Below are positions 25,625 to 37,599 of a stretch of 64,000 bases of DNA, one piece after another. Made by a program: the position numbers and the translations under genes. The notes under the pieces are model-generated. The model did no database searches and was not told where the DNA came from. It saw only the letters and a program-made list of their open reading frames with translations. How positions within the stretch are numbered: the first letter of the stretch is position 1; every line of letters begins with the position of its first letter. Origin of the DNA: Negaprion brevirostris (Eukaryota); assembly GCA_030324005.1 (NCBI GenBank), contig JARDVH010000163.1:2466887-2530886 (forward strand). Direction: 5' to 3'.

Positions 25625-28600
25625 TCCTATGCCCAACTCCCTTCTGCCCAACTTGTTCATGCTGCCCAGTTTTTACCACGAAGCAAATCCCAACTGCATG
25701 CATTTGGCCCAAATCCCTCTATTCCCATTGTACACATGCAACTGTCCAAATGTTTTCCAAAAGACAAAATTGTACCCGTCTCTACTACTGCCTCTGGCAA
25801 CTCGTTCCAGACACTCTGTGAGTGAAAGAAATGCCCCTCTGGACCCTTTTGCACCTCTCCACTCTCACCTTAAACTTATACCCTCTAGTTTTAGACTCCC
25901 CTACCTTTGGGGAAAAAATGTTTACTTTCCAGCTGATTTATGCCCCTTATTATTTTATAAAACTCTATAAGATCATTCAAAACCATTGAACAGTCCAGGT
26001 AAAAAAATTCCAATTGTTACAGCCTCTCCTTACGACTCAAACCATCAAGTCCTGATAGCATCCTCGTGAATGTTTTCTGCACTCTTCCTAGTTTTATAAA
26101 AACCTTTCTGTAATAGAGTGACCAGGGCTGTACACAGCATTCCAAGTGTGCCCTTCCTAATGCGCAACTTCATCAAGACACCCCAGCTTCTGTGTTGATG
26201 GTTTGACCAATGAAATCAAGCATGCTGAATGCGTTCTTCACCATCCTGTCCACCTGTGACTCAACTTCCAAGGCGTTATGAACCTGTACCCCTAGATGTC
26301 TTTACTGTAAAACACCTCCCAACGCCCTTTCATTAACAGAGTAGGATTTGCCTCGTTCGTTCTACCAAAGTGCATCACCTCACATTTACCTAAATTAAAC
26401 TGCATCTGCCATTCCGAGGCAAGTGGCCCAATCGATTAAGATCTGGTTGCAATCCTAGATCACATTCTTCACTGTCCACTATGCCACCAATCTTGTTGTC
26501 ATCGACAAACATTCTAACCATGCCTCCTAAAGTCTCTTCTGAATCCTTATCATAAATATCAAATAACAGTTGACCGAGCACCTGTTCCTGAGGCACATCA
26601 CTGATAACAGGCCTCCAGTTTAAAAAAACACTCAAGACATCATTATTTATCTCCCTGACGCCCTTGCCTTTCTCAACAGTAAATGCCAATGAGAAATATT
26701 AACATAGGATCTCAGCCATCTCTTGTGAATGCGTAGTTAGATGACCTTGTTGATCCTTATTAGGACCCACTCTCTCCCTTGTTACTCTTTTCTCTTTTAT
26801 GTACTTGTCGAAGCACTTCGGATTCTCGTTTGCCTTATCTGCCAAATTAATCTAATGTCCCATTTTTGCCCTCCTGTTTTCTCTCCTAACCCTAGTCCGA
26901 CAATGTCTATGCTCTTCAAGTGATCCACTTGATCCAAGCTACCTATACATGTCATATGTCTCCATCTTTTTTGATCAGAACCTCAATATCCCGAGTTATC
27001 CAGGGTTCCCTACTTTTGCCAGCTTTGCCCTTCCCTCGAAAATGAATGTACATACATTGAACCCTGGTTGACACACTTTTGAAAGACTCCCACGTTCCAG
27101 ACATTGCTTTGCCTGCGAACAAGCTCCCCCAATTAACTTTTGAAAGTTCATATCTAATATCATCAAAATTGGACGACCCCAATTTAGAATTTTAACTTTT
27201 GGCAGACTATCATTTTCCACAGCTATCCCAAAACTAATGGAATTGTGTCACGAGTCCCAAGTGATGCTACACGAAGGCTTCTATCAGCTGCCCTTTCTTA
27301 TTTCCCTAGCGGAGGTCAAGTTTTGCCCCCTCTCTAGTCGGTCCACCCACACAGTGAATGAGAAATTCCTCCTGAATACATCCAACAAATGTCTCTCCAT
27401 CCAACACCCAATGCAATGGCTGTCCCAGTCAATGATGGGAAAGTTAAGATTCCTTACTATTGGCACCCTAACTTTCTTGGAGCTACCTGTAATCTCTTTA
27501 AATATTTGCTCCGCACATTCCCGCTGCCTTTTTGGAAGCCTGCAGTACAATCCTATGAATAGGATGATAGTCAAGAAGCTTTTTCCCAGGGTGGAAGAGT
27601 CAATTACTAGGGGACATAGGTTTAAAGTGCGAGGGGCAAATTTTAAGAGATGTACGAGGCAGATGTTTTGCAAGGAGAATGGTGGGTGCCTGGAACTCTT
27701 TGCTGGAGGAGGTAGCGGAAGCGGTTACAGAACTGACTTTTAAAGGGCGTCTTGACAAGTACATGAATGAGATGGAAATAGAGGGATATGGTCCCCAGAA
27801 ACGTAGGGGGTTTTAGTTAAGTCGGGCAGCATGGCCGGTGCTGGCTTGGAGGGCCGAAGGGCCGGTTCCTGCACTGTAATTTTCTTTGTTCTTTGTTCTT
27901 TGAAACTGTCTTATTGTTCAGTTCTATCCATATGGACTCAATGGGTGAACTGTCAGGCATATCCCGTCTCAGTACTGCCGTTATGTTCTCCTTAATCAAA
28001 AACACAATTCTCACTTCTTTCTTACCTCCTGTTCTGTATTTTCTTTAATATCTGTTCTGTGGAACATGGAACTGGCAGTCTTGCCCCTTCTTTCGCCATG
28101 TTTCAGTAATTGCTATAAGATCCAAGTGCCATGTGTCCATCCATGCCTGGAGTTCATCCGCCTTGCCCGTTAAAACTCTAGCATGGAAATAAATGCATTT
28201 TTAATTTAGACTTCCCTTGCTCTGTCAGACCATCTGTCTGTTCTTGTTTTGTGTATTCTCCCTGTGTTTTTATACAATAGTGCAAAAGGAGGCAATTTGG
28301 CCTTACCATGCTGCATCCAGCACTATCCCACCCAGGCCTCTTCATTATAACCATGCATTTACCACAGCTAGACCCCCCGTTATAAGGGGCAATTTAGCAT
28401 GGCCAGTCTACTTACCCCGCACATCTTTGGTCAATGGCAGCAAACCAGAACATCCGAAGGAAGCCCACACAGGCACAGGGAGAATGTGCAAACTCCATAT
28501 AGACAGTGGCCCAAACCAGAATCGAACCCAGGTCTCTGGCACTGTGAGGCAGCAGTGTGAAACACTGTGCCACCCCAATTTTAGTCTTCTCAGCCTTACT

Positions 28601-28900
28601 GGACCTGTTCACTGAGTTCCTGACAGCCTATGCACTCTGTTCCATGGCCCTTTCTGATTTTCAACTTTGTTTTCTCTGCTTTTCACTTTTTCCCTCAATA
28701 CCTTTTGTTTGTGTCCCCACTTTACACTGCTCTGATTTCTTGCATCAGTTCCTATCACTGTGCTACATTATTTTAAATACTTCCCAACATCACGACAAAA
28801 TGCCCCCTCGAAGACACTGGCTCCAGTCCTGCCCAGGTGCAAGCCATCTGATTTGTACTCGTCCCACTTCTCCGAGAACCAAGCCCAAAAGTCCCAATAT
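25625..28900 (-). mobile_element. Long degenerate CR1 LINE with a nested CR1 3' end (+, ~27560-27900) and a V-SINE (-, ~28270-28576)
   Basis: Minus: LYCRLP..EQIFKEI..NFPIIDW (APE), SDVPQEQVLGQLLFDIY..MFVDDNKIGG (RT), WNELPEAVVE; nested piece TRGHRFKVRG with (TTCTTTG)n tail. Confidence 0.85.
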
Positions 28901-29544
28901 CCCTGATTCCACAATTATGATTATCTTTCCAGTGTCTTACGCAATGCTTGACTGTGCGGTTTCACCTTTTTAATTTTTCCTCTCCCAGTTTGATACAACT
29001 GTGTGGTTCCTAGGCTACTTCTGAGGACTTCAAACAGTTATCATATTAGTATAGCAGGGGACCCACATGTAGAGCAGTCAAGGTCAGGATGGCAAGTATC
29101 CTTCCCTAAGGATTTAGTAGAATTTGCATTTATTCTGGAGGCAGGCACACTCGAGTTGTTTAAGGCTTACCTAGATAGGCACATGAGCAGACTAGAGATG
29201 GAGGGATACAAAAGAGTGTTCTAGTCAAGGATCAAGAGCCTCAGGCTCATCAATAGATTCCTATGCGCCGTCCAACATATTTTATGGCTCACTTGTCTTT
29301 TACGGTGGAGCTACTGGGAATCTTCCATGAATGCCTGAACAGGCTGTGTATGTTTATTGATGTCTCATTTTTACATCCGTTGGTGATTCGGTCTGCCTTG
29401 TTGGCCAATAAGGGGCGTACCCACGGTGGGTCGTGCGAGGGTTGCTCTTGGATGTTGCTTCGAAAGTTGGCTAGTGCTTCATGTCGTTAGTGTACGCTTA
29501 AACTGGACCAACTGAGGGGCAACACGACAACTCAATGACAACCA

Positions 29545-30165
29545 CTGTGTGCTGTGCAGATACAGGGACTTGGGTCGGTGTCTGTGGGAGTTTGCACATT
29601 CCCCCTGTGCTTGTGTGGATTTTCTCCAGGTGCTCCGGTTTCCTCCCACACCCCAAAAACGTGCTTTTAGGCTGATTGGTGTTAACAAATTGTCCCNNNN
29701 NNNNNNNNNNNNNNNNNNNNNNNNNNNNNNNNNNNNNNNNNNNNNNNNNNNNNNNNNNNNNNNNNNNNNNNNNNNNNNNNNNNNNNNNNNNNNNNNNNNN
29801 NNNNNNNNNNNNNNNNNNNNNNNNNNNNNNNNNNNNNNNNNNNNNNNNNNNNNNNNNNNNNNNNNNNNNNNNNNNNNNNNNNNNNNNNNNNNNNNNNNNN
29901 NNNNNNNNNNNNNNNNNNNNNNNNNNNNNNNNNNNNNNNNNNTAGGCTGATTGGTGTTAACAAATTGTCCCTAAATTAGACCTCCCTTAATCTGGCGCAC
30001 ATATAATTCTCTAAATTTGAAACTCTTTATTGTGGAGTCCAAGAGGCCTAGACAAAAGCCCCAGGTAGAAGAAAGGTTGGAATGACGCACTCACTGAATG
30101 TTAAAATGGGCGGCGAGGGCTTGTAGGCCGAAGGGCCTGTTTCCTGTGCTGTGTTGTTCTTTGTT
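29545..30165 (+). mobile_element. V-SINE spanning an assembly gap
   Basis: GGAGTTTGCACATT..GGTGCTCCGGTTTCCTCCCAC core; tail GGCCGAAGGGCCTGTTTCC..TTGTTCTTTGTTC. Confidence 0.65.
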
Positions 30166-30931
30166 CATGGTCATCATTACTGAGGTAAATAAAACAAAGT
30201 AAACTTACATTCCAACAGTGTTGGCATGATCTTAACCTGTGTTTCTCTTTAGTATTTGTTTGGCATCCGTGGTGGGCCGTTCAGTTATATTGCTATTATG
30301 CCGCCGCCTGCTACAGACCAAAACGGAACAAGGATTGAATAATCAATTGCACGTCCCTGCTGCTGTTTGGACTCTTGCAAGTCATATTCAATGCTGAGAT
30401 ACACAAGGCCTCCTCTGCTGCATTGTTAGTAAATATTGCACAACCTCTGTTTGGCCCGTCCTCGTGGTGTAGGGTTAACTCGAGGTGGCTGGTGACGCAG
30501 TCCTGTCACTGATTCGTCTGTTCATATGTTTATACCACAACAGGATATTCCCAGAAATGCGCAAAGAGCAACAATTATTACTTGTAGGTTAAGATTTTTA
30601 AGTTTGCTATTTCAGGCTGATATTTGACTGTTATGAGGCATAGTTCCAATTTTGGTGATGCTCCCCACGTGTTATGGTACCCTATAGACAGTTTGCAAGA
30701 TTTTTTGGGTGGGACTTCCCTTTCCTTATGCTGGGGTCTAGTTTGATGTTTGGTGGTCCACATAATTTATTCATGTTTCACTTCCCCGAAATGGTTTACT
30801 TTCATATTTTAGACGACAATTCGGAGTTAATCACATAGCTTTGGATGAGTGTCGCATTAGGTCAGACAGAGTGACGAAGGCATAACTTTTTCCTAACTAG
30901 CAGAGAAGTAACCTTCTTTGTCCTGTTTCAG

Positions 30932-31344
30932 GTGCCGACGTCACGATTACAGACATGCCGAAGCTTCTTCAGCAAATGGAATGGAATGTTAATTTCAACG
31001 TCCCTCCACCCTTCAGATCTCGTATCAAAGTCTGTGCCCTCTCATGGGGTTATGATCACAGTTCATTTCCATCAGACTACGACTGCATTCTTTGTGCAGA
31101 AATCATGTATTGTTCTGAAAGTCTTCCTTTAATCGTAAGCACACTTCTGCACCTCAGCAATGAAAAAACGATCATTTATTTCGCCAGCAAAATGTCAATA
31201 TACCCTGTAATGACCAATTTCGGATATCAGTATCTGTCTCAGTATTTTAACTGCAAGGTTGTTTACCGAGACCAAGACACCGATGTCCACGTGCACATAA
31301 TGACTAAAATCATTGAAAATAAGCTGGCTGAGACCAAGCCCTAG
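30932..31344 (+). CDS. EEF1AKMT3: EEF1AKMT3/METTL21B-like coding exon 3 (terminal)
   Basis: CTTTGTCCTGTTTCAG acceptor, phase 1; (G)ADVTITDMP..NV..KVCALSWGYDHSSFPSDYDCILCAEIMY..TLLHL..IYFASKM..YRDQD..KP*; the three exons total 678 nt = 225 aa + stop. Confidence 0.92.
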
Positions 31345-32190
31345 AACGAAACCTTCGGTGTTGCTCCAGTGGAGATATTCGCTTGGATCCGTGGCAGTCG
31401 CTTTGAGTGTGGGCCTCAAAATTTCATATTGGGCAGAATGAGAGTTGCTTAACTTTACCCAGCAGCCCATAAAAAAAAATTCGCTTTCCTCAACTAGTTT
31501 TCGATTTAGTACCAATCCGAGTAAGTTATGTCTACTGTTTATATTGATCAGAAAGTGAAATAAGAAATTCAAAACAAGCGAAAGTTTTAATCTGAGAATT
31601 GAAACACAGAATTATGAAGCAGTGGCATTTATTTGTGTTAAAAGTGTCAAAGTGTTTTTAATTATCAGTCTAANNNNNNNNNNNNNNNNNNNNNNNNNNN
31701 NNNNNNNNNNNNNNNNNNNNNNNNNNNNNNNNNNNNNNNNNNNNNNNNNNNNNNNNNNNNNNNNNNNNNNNNNCAGTGTCATTTATTTGTGTTAAAAGTG
31801 GCAAAGTGTTTTTAATTTTCAGTCTAAAGTAATTTTAATTTGGTGCGTATAGGCTCGAAAGGTATCCAGACCGACCTAGGTTTCGGTGTTTACCTCCCCA
31901 TGACCTCAATTTAATTAACATTTGATTTCTTGCAAAGTATTGATATTACATCTTATTTGCAAGGTGGTTTTAAATTAATTCTATTCCGCGGGACAAATAT
32001 TTAACGCAATGCCTAAGTAAGAGAAATGTAATTTGTAACATATCCATTATTTGCAATTCATACCCATATAGGGATGATTGAATATCTATTAATTCAACGT
32101 ATTAGTATCACCATTTTAATCCCAAGTAATTGACTAAAGAATGATGGATTTAAGATCACGTCTGGTGTGTCTTGAACAGGGGGACACTCT

Positions 32191-33225
32191 GGGCCCGATT
32201 TTACCATTTGATTCTAAGTGCTGAATCTGGGCGGAATTCAGATCCCACTTGGAAAATTGTTCTCTGGCGCCCCCAAACGCACTTAGTGCGAAAAAAAATG
32301 GCGAGTCTGAATTGCGCTGTGGGCGGGGCTCATCGCGCTCGAGAGACTACAGCAATGATTGGAACTTCGAACTGCACATGCGCTGTGAGAAAAAAAACAC
32401 CCCTCTCTCACATCGCTTCCAGATCGCAAAAAATGCATAAAGGGGCCCAGTAGTGAAAAGCAGAAGCGATGGCCCACACAGAGATCTCTCCACCCTCACA
32501 ATATAACTGTCCCACTTATCCACACCCTTCACCTCCGCACTTTCCCCACCAATCACCCGCAAATAGGCAGCGAACTCCACACCGCAGCCGCCGACCCCCC
32601 CACCCTCCGCACAGATACATCTGGCCACCCTCCTCCTCCCCGCCCCACCACCACAGAACGAGTGGGCCTGTCCTCCGTCCTCTTTGCCAGAAAGCGAACT
32701 GGCTCTCCTCCTCCTCACCCCTTCCNNNNNNNNNNNNNNNNNNNNNNNNNNNNNNNNNNNNNNNNNNNNNNNNNNNNNNNNNNNNNNNNNNNNNNNNNNN
32801 NNNNNNNNNNNNNNNNNNNNNNNNNNNNNNNNNNNNNNNNNNNNNNNNNNNNNNNNNNNNNNNNNNNNTGCAAGCTCTGAACTTATCTCTTCAGAAGTTG
32901 AAGCCACTGAAACAGACTATTGCGGAGCATGCAGCATATCTGTTTCATGTCGAATCTGGACTTAGGAATGCAATTGTAAAGGGGGAAATGCTGATAACAT
33001 TGGGCGGGCAGCCCATTAGTTCAATTTAAATGCACGCAAATGCATTTAAATCACCTTTGCGCCCATTTTGAGTGCGATTCAGAAAACGGCCATTTTCTGG
33101 CTTTGGTTAAGTGGGCATCTGTGCGGATACAATTGTGGGCATGGATGGCATTAATGGCATCATGCCTGACTTTGCCAAGTTTTCACACCTGAAAACGGGT
33201 GCGACACAATGGTAAAATCAGGCCC
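32191..33225. mobile_element. MITE / non-autonomous DNA transposon with 18-bp TIRs
   Basis: GGGCCCGATTTTACCATT ... AATGGTAAAATCAGGCCC (17/18 complementary). Confidence 0.8.
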
Positions 33226-33226
33226 C

Positions 33227-34340
33227 TACTATTTTAATTCTGAGTGCTGAATCTGTGCACAATTCAGGTCCGACTTGGAAATTTGCTTTCAGGCGTTCCT
33301 ATATGCACTCTGTCTGAATTGCGCTGTGGGCGGGGCTTTGTATACCCAAAACGATTGGAGTTCTGAACTGCGGATGCGCAGGTAGAAAAAAAATTGTAAA
33401 AGTGCACCCGCTGTCACATTGCTCCTGGGCCATAGAAACTGGAGAAAGCAGCCCGGGACAGAAAAGTGGGAGTCATGGCCCCTGCAGACATTACTATCCC
33501 CCTTATCCACCATCCCCACTATCCAGACTGATCACAACCTCCTGCCCCTACACCCCCACCAATCACCCGCAGAAAGGCAGTGAACCCGTGCCCCTCCCCT
33601 ATCCCCCCACCAGAGATAAANNNNNNNNNNNNNNNNNNNNNNNNNNNNNNNNNNNNNNNNNNNNNNNNNNNNNNNNNNNNNNNNNNNNNNNNNNNNNNNN
33701 NNNNNNNNNNNNNNNNNNNNNNNNNNNNNNNNNNNNNNNNNNNNNNNNNNNNNNNNNNNNNNNNNNNNNNNNNNNNNNNNNNNNNNNNNNNNNNNNNNNN
33801 NNNNNNNNNNNNNNNNNNNNNNNNNNNNNNNNNNNNNNNNNNNNNNNNNNNNNNNNNNNNNNNNNNNNNNNNNNNNNNNNNNNNNNNNNNNNNNNNNNNN
33901 NNNNNNNNNNNNNNNNNNNNNNNNNNNNNNNNNNNNNNNNNNNNNNNNNNNNNNNNNNNNNNNNNNNNNNNNNNNNNNNNNNNNNNNNNNNNNNNNNNNN
34001 NNNNNNNNNNNNNNNNNNNNNNNNNNNNNNNNNNNNNNNNNNNNNNNNNNNNNNNNNNNNNNNNNNNNNNNNNNNNNNNNNNNNNNNNNNNNNNNNNNNN
34101 NNNNNNNNNNNNNNNNNNNNNNNNNNNNNNNNNNNNNNNNNNNNNNNNNNNNNNNNNNNNNNNNNNNNNNNNNNNNNNNNNNNNNNNNNNNNNNNNNNNN
34201 NNNNNNNNNNNNNNNNNNNNNNNNNNNNNNNNNNNNNNTGTTCCCTGTAAAGTGGCCATCTGCACCAGTGCGGATCACGTTACTGGATTTACACCGGACC
34301 TTACCACGTTTTCGCGCCCCTGATAGTAAAAGTTGTGCCC
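33227..34340. mobile_element. Second, related MITE copy abutting the first
   Basis: Begins TACTATTTTAATTCTGAGTGCTGAATCTG, like 32202; ends GTAAAAGTTGTGCCC; middle lies in a gap. Confidence 0.6.
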
Positions 34341-36010
34341 TCTGTGTTGGTGTCTCCCATGCTTATAATCAAATGAATCAAATTATAAATTATTCTTTTG
34401 TGTGACTAAACGTTTATGAGTCACAAGTAAGGCTTACATGCCTTGCAGTTACTGCAATTAAGTTACTGTGGAAATCTCCTAGTTGCCACAGTCCAGTGCC
34501 TGTTTGGTTCAATGCAGCTAACCAACTCATCTGTCAGGATGTGGGAGGAAACTGGAGCATCTGGTGGAAACACACGCCGGCATGGGGAGAATGTTTACAT
34601 TCCACGCAGACAGTGACCCAAGGAACGAACAGAACCTTGGCCTCTGGTGCTGTAAGGCAGTAGTGCAAATCACTGCACCACCAATCTTCCTATTTATAAA
34701 ATTATATTTTGCAATTGTGCACTAATATCAGTACCTAAAGTTAATTTAGTTCACGTTTTGAGTTTATCATATACAAAGTGCACGTCTGAGATGATCACCT
34801 ACAACAGAAATCAATCACTCCTGAATCAATCGTTAGAAATTGTTGAATGAAATTCTCACGTTCCGACCTGTGATGGTCGTTGAACTCTTAAGAAAAGTTA
34901 CACAGCCATAAGGTATTAAAAAAAAATGGTAAAAAGCCTGATAACACCAGGTTTTGGTCCAACCGGCTTANNNNNNNNNNNNNNNNNNNNNNNNNNNNNN
35001 NNNNNNNNNNNNNNNNNNNNNNNNNNNNNNNNNNNNNNNNNNNNNNNNNNNNNNNNNNNNNNNNNNNNNNCAGAGTTGAGGAGGAACTTCTTCACTCAAA
35101 GGGTGGTGAATCTCTGGAATTCTTTGCCCGTTGAAGTGGTGGAGGCTACCTCGCTGAATATATTAGTCACGGGTAGAAAAGTTTTTGATAGACAGGGAAA
35201 TTAAGGGTTATGGGGAGAAAGCGGGAAAGTGGAACTGATCCACTTCAGATCAGCCATGAATGGTGGGGCCGGCTCGAAGGGCTAGATGGCCTACACGTGC
35301 TCCTATTTCTTATGTTCTTATGTTTCCTGTAAAGTGGCCATCTGCACCAGCGTGGATCACGTTAATGGCTTCACATCGGACCTTACCACGTTTTCACACT
35401 CCTAATCGTATAATTTGGCCGTCTGTGTTGTTGTGTCCCATGCTTATAATCAAATGAATCAAATTGTAAGTTATTCTTTTGTGTGACTGAACGTTTATTA
35501 GTCACAAGTAAGGCGTACATGCCTTGCAGTTACTGCAATTAAGTTACTGTGGAAATCTCCAAGTCGCCACAGTCCAGTGCCTGTTTGGTTCAATGCAGCT
35601 GACCAACACGTCTGTCAGAATGTGGGAGGAAACTGGAGCATCTGGAGGAAACCCATGCAGGCATGGGGAGAATGTGTACATTCGACGTAGACAGTGACCC
35701 AGGCCGCGAATAGAACCTGGGCGTCTGGTGTTGTGAGGCAGGAGTGCAAATCATGGCGCCACCATGTCTCCCATTTATAAAATTATATTTTGCAATGGTG
35801 CACTAATACATCAGTACCTAAAGTTAATTTAGTTTACGTATTGAGTTTATCATATACAAATTGCAAGTCTGAGATGATCACGTACAACAGAAATCAATCA
35901 TTTCTGAGTCAATCATTCGGAATTGTTGAATGAAATTCTCACATTCCGTACAGTGATGGTCGTTGAACTCTTAAGAAAAGTTACACAAACATAAGATATT
36001 CAAAAAAAAA
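34239..36010. repeat. Diverged direct duplication (~690 bp: ~34239-34926 and ~35321-36010), each copy with a minus-strand V-SINE; CR1 3' end at 35071-35325
   Basis: Both copies start CCTGTAAAGTGGCCATCTGCACCAG and end CTCTTAAGAAAAGTTACACA..AAAAAAATG, with scattered substitutions. Confidence 0.9.
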
Positions 36011-36637
36011 ATGCCAGTGGAGAAGTAATTTTCCCTGAATTTGCTGAATATATTGGGGCACTGAGCGATCTTGGATTTTCTCACAATTGAATATTTATAA
36101 ATCCATGGAAGAAACACAACCATTCATTTTAAATAAGATGAGAAAACTATTGTTCTCTCTGTCCAAAAGCATACATCTCAAGTACCAATGAATCAAGTGC
36201 AATGTTTTGATAATATAATCAATCTTCTTCGCTTGTTTATATTATTTGCATTTCCAATAGAACGAAATGTTTCAAGTTTGGAATTCTAGTATTGAAACTG
36301 TTATACTTGTATGACTTTCATTCTGTAGTAATAAAAAAAAAGTGATACAAGGTGAGTGATTGTCTATTCGTTCAATAACGGCGTGTGGAAATGTGTCCTG
36401 TGGAAGTTAAATAATGAGTGGCCTAAACTATTCAGGTTAAAACCTCTCTGATGAATTTAATACACATGCAATTGTACAACCAATATTTGCATTTCAAGAT
36501 GCGAGACTTCATGTCTATTTAGTTTACAGTAATTAAGTTGAAAAAAGAACTGCTTATATAAAGAAACAATCAAATTCGTAACTTGATTATTTTAAGCTAC
36601 ATGTCATATAAGCAAAATAAACAGTACATACGATCCA

Positions 36638-37048
36638 TATTTACCATTTATATAGATGATCTGGAGGAGGGGGCTGAGTGTAGAGTGTCGAAATTTGCTG
36701 ATGACACGAAGGTAAGTGTAAAAGCAAATTGTGCGGAGGGTGTGGAAAGTCTGCAGAGGGATCTAGATAGGCTGAGCGAGTGGGCGAGGACCTGGCNNNN
36801 NNNNNNNNNNNNNNNNNNNNNNNNNNNNNNNNNNNNNNNNNNNNNNNNNNNNNNNNNNNNNNNNNNNNNNNNNNNNNNNNNNNNNNNNNNNNNNNNCGAT
36901 TAATGAAGGCCAGTACACCATACGCCTTCTTGACCACCTCCTCCACCTGCGAGGCCGATTTAAGAGTCCTGTGAACCCGGACCCCAAGATCCTTCTGCTC
37001 TTCAACACTACTCAGACTTCTGCCCTTGATAGTGTACTCGTTCATCCC
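36638..37048. mobile_element. Young CR1 RT fragments in opposite orientations around a gap, flanked by a 14-bp direct repeat
   Basis: + FTIYIDDL..KFADDTK..LQRDLDRLSEW; - EYTIKGR..DLGVRVH..KKAYGVLAFIN; GTACATACGATCCA at 36624 and 37049. Confidence 0.8.
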
Positions 37049-37599
37049 GTACATACGATCCAAAACCTAAATAGTTATTACTAATCAACCCGCTAATCTG
37101 GTAGATTTAAAAATAATGCAACATAATGTGGGATGATATATTTTCAAATGAAGAATGAGGAGAACCAGTCAGAAAGAAAGAGCATGGTTCTAAATGTGTA
37201 CAATGGCAGAGAGGCCTGCGACTTTACATTCACACATCTTTTAAAGTGCATGAACAAGCTGATGAAACAAATGCAGGATAAATTAGTTTAGCAAAGTGAC
37301 AAGACTGTGTAACATTTTAGAAGATGCCTTGAACCGTAATAAATCATTGATTTTGATTAATTTGGAGCATGTTTCCAATTGCTGTTATCACTATAGAAAG
37401 GCTGTTGAATTTTTGGAGAGAGTGAAACCAGTTTAATCCAAATGATGCTAATTTCGAGGAGTTGCAGTTAAATGTAATGGCTAGAGAAGCCATAAGGAGA
37501 CTAATTACTTTGAAACTTAGTTTAGAAATTCAAAATTTTGAGGAGTGTTATAGATTAGGTCTTGTATTGCTCCCAGTGACAGGAGTTCAATTAACCAAA

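Noticed and set aside
33402-34323. Longest ORFs in the supplied track (also ~19800-20300 and 7254-7764)
   Set aside because: Composed mainly of N-gap codons
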